From Thermodesulfobacteriota bacterium (lineage in GTDB: Bacteria; Desulfobacterota; Binatia; Bin18): a stretch of 64,000 nucleotides of DNA. Both the position numbers and the translations under genes were made by a program. Where the stretch lies: NCBI GenBank assembly GCA_964291405.2, contig OZ219926.1:4608001-4672000 (forward strand), in the 5' to 3' direction. The notes under the pieces were generated by a model. That model searched no databases and was not told the origin of the DNA. It worked only from the letters and a program-made list of their open reading frames with translations. Every line of letters begins with the position of its first letter. Positions within the stretch are counted from its first letter, which is position 1. Positions 58,420 through 64,000 of this stretch are shown here, piece after piece.

Positions 58420-59466
58420 ATGAAAGTTGGCTTAGTTGGGTTTGCTCGTTCGGGAAAAACCACCATCTTTAACGCCCTGACCGGCATGAGCGCAGAGGTC
58501 GGCAGCTTTGAGACCAAACGCGACGCCGCGATTGCCGTGGTCAAAGTGCCCGACCCCCGGGTTGATGCCCTGGCCGAGATCGTTCAGCCGGACCGGAAAA
58601 AATACGCGGAAGTGACGTTTCTCGACTTTCCGCCCTCGGCCGAACGCAAGGCCGCACTTGATACGCGCTCGCTGGCCCAGATGCGCGAAGTCGAGGCGCT
58701 GACCCAAGTGGTGCGTGCCGTTGACGACCCGATGGCGACTGCGCCTGCTGACCCCCTCCGAGCTTTACGTGACTTTCAGTCAGAGTTGATCCTGGCCGAC
58801 ATGGGGGTGATTGAGAAACGGCTGGAACGTCTGCGCAAGGAAAAGGGCAAAGAACGTGAACGCGAGTTGCTGGAGAAATGCCAGGCCGTGCTCGAAGCGG
58901 AGCAGCCGCTACGGAACGAATCGTTTCTGCCCGAAGAGAAGATGCTGCTGTCGGGTTTTGCCTTTCTGAGTCAGAAACCCCTGCTGATTGTCTATAACCG
59001 GGCAGAAGAAGAGATGCAGGCTGAAATGCCACAGGAAGTCGTGTCCTATATTGAGGAACAGGGGCTCACCGCCGTGCCCATCTGTGGCAAGGTGGAGATG
59101 GAAATCGCCGAGTTGGAAGAAGACGAACGCGGCCTCTTTCTGGCCGACCTCGGTGTTGAGGAGTCGGCACGGGACCGCTTCATCCAGTATGCCTATCGCA
59201 TGCTCAACCTTATGAGCTTTTTCACCGCGGGGCCGATGGAAGCCCGTGCTTGGACCATAGAACGCGGCCTGCCGGCGCTCAAAGCCGCGGGAAAAATTCA
59301 TTCGGATATTGAACGCGGCTTTATTCGAGCCGAAGTCATCGCCTACGAGGCGTATATCGAGCACGGCGGAGAGGCGGGCTGTCGGGACGTGGGAAAAATG
59401 CGGCTCGAAGGCAAAGATTACGTCGTGCAGGACGGTGATGTGGTCCATTTCCGCTTCAAGGTGTGA
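58420..59466 (+). CDS. ychF: YchF/Ola1 family ATPase (divergent)
   Basis: GFARSGKTT, VPDPRVDAL, AAGKIHSDIERGFIRAEV, LEGKDYVVQDGDV. Confidence 0.85.
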   Translation: MKVGLVGFARSGKTTIFNALTGMSAEVGSFETKRDAAIAVVKVPDPRVDALAEIVQPDRKKYAEVTFLDFPPSAERKAALDTRSLAQMREVEALTQVVRAVDDPMATAPADPLRALRDFQSELILADMGVIEKRLERLRKEKGKERERELLEKCQAVLEAEQPLRNESFLPEEKMLLSGFAFLSQKPLLIVYNRAEEEMQAEMPQEVVSYIEEQGLTAVPICGKVEMEIAELEEDERGLFLADLGVEESARDRFIQYAYRMLNLMSFFTAGPMEARAWTIERGLPALKAAGKIHSDIERGFIRAEVIAYEAYIEHGGEAGCRDVGKMRLEGKDYVVQDGDVVHFRFKV

Positions 59467-59510
59467 GATGAAGGCTGTGTCGAAGCAGGGTAGGGTGGAA
59501 CACCGCCGTC

Positions 59511-59939
59511 TCAGCCGGTGGAGAAGATACGACCCCACCGGCCCTGCGCAAGGCTGGTGACAAAGGCGATATTACCCTCAAGAAAGTCGTAGTCGAGGAG
59601 CTGCGTCGGCTCCACCCAGGCGAGGGTCTCAAAAACGTTATTGGCCAGTGCGCCCCGGTAGGCGGGAACATGGAAAAAGGTCAGGGCCACACGCCGACCG
59701 TTCGCATAGCTATGGCTGGTCCGGTGGAGTTCTTCTCCCAGCGTGGCCTGAATTCCGAGTTCTTCCTCCAACTCGCGCAGCAGGCAGGTCGCCTCATCTT
59801 CACCAGCCTGAACTTTACCACCAGGAAATTCCCACTTCAGGGCATGCAGGGCGTCCCTGCGCCGCTGACAGATAAGCAACCGGCCGGAGCGGGTCACGAG
59901 ACCGGCCGAGACGCGAACAGGCCAAATGGCATTGGCCAT
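59511..59939 (-). CDS. NUDIX hydrolase, MutT/NudG-like
   Basis: WEFPGGKVQAGEDEATCLLRELEEELG Nudix box. Confidence 0.9.
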   Translation of the reverse strand: MANAIWPVRVSAGLVTRSGRLLICQRRRDALHALKWEFPGGKVQAGEDEATCLLRELEEELGIQATLGEELHRTSHSYANGRRVALTFFHVPAYRGALANNVFETLAWVEPTQLLDYDFLEGNIAFVTSLAQGRWGRIFSTG

Positions 59940-59943
59940 TATC

Positions 59944-60777
59944 TTAGTTTAACTGGGCGACCGAGCGCTGGATAAGGGCACGGATGTTTGCCGCATCTTC
60001 GGCATCGGGTGCCAGTTGCAGATACTTCTTGAAGTCTTGGACCGCACCCTGCATACGGCCTAAACGTTGCTGAACGGCTCCGCGGTCGCGGACCTCTACG
60101 GCAACGTCCGGCGCCAGCAAAAGAATGCGATCAATAACGCTCAAGGCACGGGTAAAATCGCCCTTTTGCAGATAGACGCCCTTTAGGTTGCGGAGCATAC
60201 GGATGAGAATTTCTTTTTTCGTTGCCGGGGCGAGTAGCTGCGGAATTTGGGCCACAAAGGGATTATTGTCCCCGTACATGCTCTTCAGCTTGGCGGCGAG
60301 TTGCTCTTCGGTCACCGTCGTTCCGCCGGCAAACGGGTCGAGAATCTGCTCTTCATCCGGGCCGGTATATTTGACTAAAAAGTGGCCCGGAAATCCAACC
60401 CCGGCCAAGGAGAGGCCCAAGCGCCGCCCCACCTCCATATACAGAACGGACAGGGTGATCGGGATACCGGTCTTCCGCTCCAATACTTCATTCAGAAAGC
60501 TGTTGCGCGGATCATAGTATTCGCCGGCATTGCCCCTTAAACCTTCCTCAAAAAAGAGATGGGTGTTGAGGGCCTGAATCCGGTCTTGGGGGGTAGGAGA
60601 CCCAGGCAGCTTGGCGCGCACCGCGTCCGCGATTTGGTCGAGACGCTGCAAGTAGTGGGCAACATCGAGGTTGGGCTGTTCTTCCTGGGCAATCAGCAGG
60701 GCGGCTTCGGCAAGGTCCAGTTCTGCTTCAGGTCCCGAGACCAGAGCGGTGAAACGTGCACGTGCCGGTGTCGCCAT
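59944..60777 (-). CDS. SirB1/YchA-like transglutaminase-fold protein with TPR
   Basis: YYDPRNSFLNEVLERKTGIPITLS, GVGFPGHF, DPF, RMLRNLK, RDRG; start ATG 60777. Confidence 0.88.
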   Translation of the reverse strand: MATPARARFTALVSGPEAELDLAEAALLIAQEEQPNLDVAHYLQRLDQIADAVRAKLPGSPTPQDRIQALNTHLFFEEGLRGNAGEYYDPRNSFLNEVLERKTGIPITLSVLYMEVGRRLGLSLAGVGFPGHFLVKYTGPDEEQILDPFAGGTTVTEEQLAAKLKSMYGDNNPFVAQIPQLLAPATKKEILIRMLRNLKGVYLQKGDFTRALSVIDRILLLAPDVAVEVRDRGAVQQRLGRMQGAVQDFKKYLQLAPDAEDAANIRALIQRSVAQLN

Positions 60778-60867
60778 ACAAACCTCCCTTCCCTGCACCC
60801 TATACTGCCCGGAAAAGGGCAGGGGTGCAAGGAAGAGTCGGGACTGATGGGACGTGTAAGGCGACAA

Positions 60868-61018
60868 GGAACCCACCCCGGCCCTTCGGGCCACCCCTCC
60901 GAGGAGGGGAGCTTTTTTTATCCCCTCTTGGGAGGGAAAGAGGAAACGTATCCTCCAGTCAAACAAAAAAGCTGGATACGTTTCCTCCTTGTGCCGCGTG
61001 AGCGGCGGGGTGGGTTCC
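60868..61018. repeat. Palindromic MITE/REP-like element with a 54-bp hairpin insertion
   Basis: Terminal inverted repeats GGAACCCACCCC/GGGGTGGGTTCC; insert at 60937-60990. Confidence 0.8.
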
Positions 61019-61103
61019 CCCAGGCCCGGTAGCACACGTGTTTTGACAAGCGGAGCGGGGTCTTCTATGTCTCGTAAAGCTGTGTGAGAAAGGAAGACCG
61101 CCT

Positions 61104-62384
61104 ATGGCACTCGCCCGCATTCCACGCTATTCGGCCCTGGGCCTCAGCCTGATTTCGTTTGAGACGCTCGCGTCACCCACAAACGCTGAGATTGTTCCGT
61201 TCACCGCAGAAGACCGGGGTGAATCAAAAGGCGTGCTATACACCCGCGGCGGCGAGAAAACGGTGGTGTGCCTGATGCACCCGCGGGCCGATATGAGCCG
61301 TCACTATGCCATCCCCTATCTGCTTGACAGTGGGTATGCCGCGTTTGGTCAGGAAGGCCGCTGGCCCAGCAACGATATTGCCTGTATCCACGAAATGCTG
61401 CTGCCGGATATCGCCGCCAGCCTGCGTTACCTCAGAGAAGAGCGGGGTTTTGAGCATATCGTGCTGATCGGCAATAGTGGGGGCGGTTCATTATATTCCT
61501 TTTATCTGGCCCAAGCCGTGACCGACCCGCCGGACCGACTGACAACGACCCCTGCCGGCGACCCGTACGATCTGAATCGATTTCAACTGCCCCACGCCGA
61601 CGGCATGGTCTTTCTGGCGGCCCATCTTGGGGAAGGGAAATTCCTGGAAGGCGCCATCGACCCTTCCGTGACGGACGAGGACGACCCGCTCTCCTGTGAC
61701 CCCAGTCTGGATATGTATCATCCGGCCAATGGCTTTTGTGAGCCGCCGCAGCCCAGCGCGTATGGCGCCGAGTTCATCGCCCGCTATCGGGCCGCGCAGA
61801 TACAGCGGGTAAAGCGCATCGACGCCATTGCCCGTCGCTATGTTGACGAGCAACATTATTTTCAAGAGCAGATTCGACAGCCGGACTTTGACGACCAGTC
61901 CCTGGAACGGAGAACTTTTCTCAGTCGGCGGGCCCTCGTCGGGCGCTATATGGAAATTCACCGCACCGAGGCGAATCCGGCCTATACGGACCCGTCGATT
62001 CGCCCGTCATCACGGGACTACGGCTCGCTCTGGTCGCCGCGGCCGGACCTGTTTAACTATCTTGAGGCCGGCTTTGCCAAATACCAGACGCCGCGCGCCT
62101 GGCTGAGCACCTGGTCGGGCCAGTCCTCGCGAGCGGCCGTCCTCGACAACGTGACCCTCATGACCCTGCCGACCCTGGTCGTGAATCATACCGGAGACCA
62201 CGCCATTTATCCGCAGGAGTCGGAAGCCGTCTATCGACACTCGCCGGCTGACGACAAACACCTCGCGCATGTGGACGCCGATCACTTTGGTTTCCCGCTT
62301 CCATCGCAGCCCGACCACGGCGGACGCGACGCGACGATGAAGGTGATTGTTGACTGGCTGCGTGAACGATTCCCCGGACGCTAA
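61104..62384 (+). CDS. Alpha/beta hydrolase fold protein
   Basis: MHPR, GNSGGG nucleophile elbow, C-terminal ADH. Confidence 0.8.
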   Translation: MALARIPRYSALGLSLISFETLASPTNAEIVPFTAEDRGESKGVLYTRGGEKTVVCLMHPRADMSRHYAIPYLLDSGYAAFGQEGRWPSNDIACIHEMLLPDIAASLRYLREERGFEHIVLIGNSGGGSLYSFYLAQAVTDPPDRLTTTPAGDPYDLNRFQLPHADGMVFLAAHLGEGKFLEGAIDPSVTDEDDPLSCDPSLDMYHPANGFCEPPQPSAYGAEFIARYRAAQIQRVKRIDAIARRYVDEQHYFQEQIRQPDFDDQSLERRTFLSRRALVGRYMEIHRTEANPAYTDPSIRPSSRDYGSLWSPRPDLFNYLEAGFAKYQTPRAWLSTWSGQSSRAAVLDNVTLMTLPTLVVNHTGDHAIYPQESEAVYRHSPADDKHLAHVDADHFGFPLPSQPDHGGRDATMKVIVDWLRERFPGR

Positions 62385-62400
62385 GGTATGATGCGAAAAG

Positions 62401-62492
62401 GAACCCACCCTGGCCTTCGGCCACCCCTCCGAGGAGGGGATAAAAAAGCTCCCCTCCTTGGAGGGGTGCCGCGCTAGCGGCGGGGTGGGTTC
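62401..62492. repeat. Palindromic MITE/REP-like element
   Basis: GAACCCACCC...GGGTGGGTTC termini with internal hairpins. Confidence 0.8.
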
Positions 62493-62612
62493 TCCCCGGT
62501 CCGGCAGTCCCCCACGGCTGGCAAGAACTCATGATAATGCATATCACACGTCAATAGGGAGCACTGGACGACAGACGGCTTGCGAAGGCAAACGGTGCGC
62601 GGCGGTCTTGTC

Positions 62613-62642
62613 TTGACACCCTTTTGTCATCCGGCGTACAGT
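62613..62642 (+). promoter_or_regulatory. Putative sigma70 promoter with overlapping palindromic operator
   Basis: TTGACA-N18-TACAGT; TGACA-N6-TGTCA at 62614-62629. Confidence 0.5.
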
Positions 62643-62676
62643 TCTCCCGCCGAAGAATATTTCATAGGAGGAAATC

Positions 62677-63075
62677 ATGGGTGCAGCAGAGAATAAGGAA
62701 ATCATCAGAAATATGTTTGCCGAACTCTCGAAAGGGAACGCGGACGCCTTTTTGAACACCCTGGCAGACGACGTGAATTTCACCCTGATCGGCTCGACCA
62801 AATTCTCAGGCGTATTCAAGGGCAAACAGGAATTCGTTGAAAAAGTCCTGGCGCCGCTCGGAGCACAGCTCGAAAACGGGCTGACCATGCACGTGGAGAA
62901 TCTGATTGCCGAAGGGGACAACGTCGTCCTGCAAGGCCACGGCGAGTCCATGACCAAGTCCGGTAAGGCGTATAACAACACCTACGCCCAGGTCTTCCGA
63001 CTTGAAAACGGGAAAGTGCAGCAGGTCACGGAATACTTGGATACCGAATTGGTCAACGCAGTTTTTGGCAAATAG
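62677..63075 (+). CDS. NTF2/SnoaL-like protein
   Basis: AENKEII, LADDV, LIAEGD, YNNTY, EYLDT; GGAGG RBS. Confidence 0.88.
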   Translation: MGAAENKEIIRNMFAELSKGNADAFLNTLADDVNFTLIGSTKFSGVFKGKQEFVEKVLAPLGAQLENGLTMHVENLIAEGDNVVLQGHGESMTKSGKAYNNTYAQVFRLENGKVQQVTEYLDTELVNAVFGK

Positions 63076-63086
63076 GGCAGTGTTCT

Positions 63087-63473
63087 CTACCAGAGAGTCG
63101 GGACTTCATAGCGCTGGATTTGCTCATCTGCGGTCAAGAGCGTCATACCTTCGACCCGAGCCTGCGCAATCAGAAGACGATCAAACGGGTCTCCATGAAC
63201 GAGAGGTAATGCTGTCAGCGCCTGGCAGTGTTCTTTTTCGATTGGAAGCCATCTGATTTGATTCACGGTGAGTTCCCGGTCAAGCAGGCTTGGCCAATTC
63301 GACTGTAAGCCAAGTTTCCCAAGTGCGTACTTGATGCAGATTTCCCAATAGCTTGCCGCACTCAGGTACAGGGCGTTGTGGGTATCCAGAACTGCGGCTT
63401 CCGCTTGGACACTGAATCTCTCGTCGCCCTGGGTGAGCCACAGCAAGGCATGTGTGTCCAGTAAGAGTTTCAT
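63087..63473 (-). CDS. vapC: VapC/PIN-domain toxin
   Basis: LLLDTHALLW, SAASYWEI, HGDPFDRLLIAQA. Confidence 0.92.
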   Translation of the reverse strand: MKLLLDTHALLWLTQGDERFSVQAEAAVLDTHNALYLSAASYWEICIKYALGKLGLQSNWPSLLDRELTVNQIRWLPIEKEHCQALTALPLVHGDPFDRLLIAQARVEGMTLLTADEQIQRYEVPTLW

Positions 63474-63700
63474 CTCATATACTCTTGAAAATCCTTGAGT
63501 GGGGCATCAAAGTCATCGGCCATAAAAGTGACCATCCCTTTTGCGCCCCCTATGCGCCTCTGTGGGCACGCCTCCGGCAGCACAACAAGCCTGACAAGCG
63601 GCTGCTTGCCTTTTGCAATGATGATCTCTTCTCCAGCCAGGGCTTTCTGAATGAGTTTTGACAAATGGGTTTTTGCCTGGTGTATAGTGACAGTAAGCAT
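63470..63700 (-). CDS. Phd/YefM family antitoxin
   Basis: IHQAKTHLSKLI..GEEIII, DDFDAPL; ATGA overlap with the toxin gene. Confidence 0.92.
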   Translation of the reverse strand: MLTVTIHQAKTHLSKLIQKALAGEEIIIAKGKQPLVRLVVLPEACPQRRIGGAKGMVTFMADDFDAPLKDFQEYMR

Positions 63701-63707
63701 GAGGAAA

Positions 63708-63736
63708 AACCTAACTTAGGAAGAAGACTTAGTCAA
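63708..63736 (-). promoter_or_regulatory. TA operon promoter with two palindromic operators
   Basis: TTGACT-N17-TAGGTT; palindromes CCTAA-C-TTAGG (63710-63720) and GACT-T-AGTC (63726-63734). Confidence 0.65.
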
Positions 63737-63878
63737 TCTGAAATTGTCGGATGGAGGCACTGGAACAAGCTGAACTTCTCCGAACTGTAACGCGGGCGGC
63801 GCGGTCTTACTCCGACCCATTTACAAGTCTGGCCGGACACGTACAATGCCAGCCACTCCGCCAAGGAATACCTCTGCT

Positions 63879-64000
63879 ATGACTCCTGACCGGACAACGC
63901 TGATTGGCAAGGTCCTTGAGCCCGTTACCTACACCATTCGTGAGGACGATATCCAGGACTATCTCCCGGTTGCGGGTGAGGAGCAGGCCGCCTTTCTGAG
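63879..64000 (+). CDS. 5' part of a CDS running off the window (possibly MaoC-like dehydratase N-terminus)
   Basis: MTPDRTTLIGKVLEPVTYTIREDDIQDY..; upstream TTTACA-N16-TACAAT and AAGGA. Confidence 0.45.
   Translation, partial: MTPDRTTLIGKVLEPVTYTIREDDIQDYLPVAGEEQAAFL

Noticed and set aside
59944-60777. SirB1-like protein as the missing transglutaminase of the ATP-grasp/alpha-E system
   Set aside because: It is a different widespread family, lies over 30 kb away, and shows no linkage evidence.
60778-61035. 86-aa N-terminal extension of the SirB1-like ORF
   Set aside because: It is read-through of a palindromic repeat; ATG 60777 has a GGAGG RBS.

Overview
High-GC bacterial chromosomal segment with about 65 CDSs and 2 tRNA genes. 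I found no CRISPR array, prophage or transposase. The conserved order tilS-ftsH-glmM-nnr-tsaE-lysC-cimA resembles Deltaproteobacteria. Together with F420 genes, an LLM monooxygenase and a UGSC selenoprotein, this suggests a Binatia (Desulfobacterota_B)-like organism; this placement is inference only. Core content: mlaE-F-D-A-C, acs, cysS, modABC, fbp-fbaB, cofG-H-D-E, lipB, apt, mug, ychF and a Phd/VapC toxin-antitoxin pair. Most notable observations: (1) a selenoprotein split by the ORF caller (in-frame UGA in a U-G-S-C motif, SECIS-like hairpin 11 nt downstream) with an uncharacterised partner gene; (2) a tandem four-gene module of two diverged nitroreductase-fold paralogs, each followed by a paralogous small unknown protein carrying DFC-x4-K[DE]PD and RSFxIHNG motifs; (3) a tightly coupled seven-gene operon joining a circularly permuted ATP-grasp ligase and alpha-E protein to an RsbW/RsbV/RsbU partner-switching cascade and a sensor kinase; (4) a missed 35-aa membrane peptide behind tRNA-CAT; (5) modular palindromic repeats with nested insertions and an inverted core. 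All calls come from reading motifs by eye; no database searches were run.
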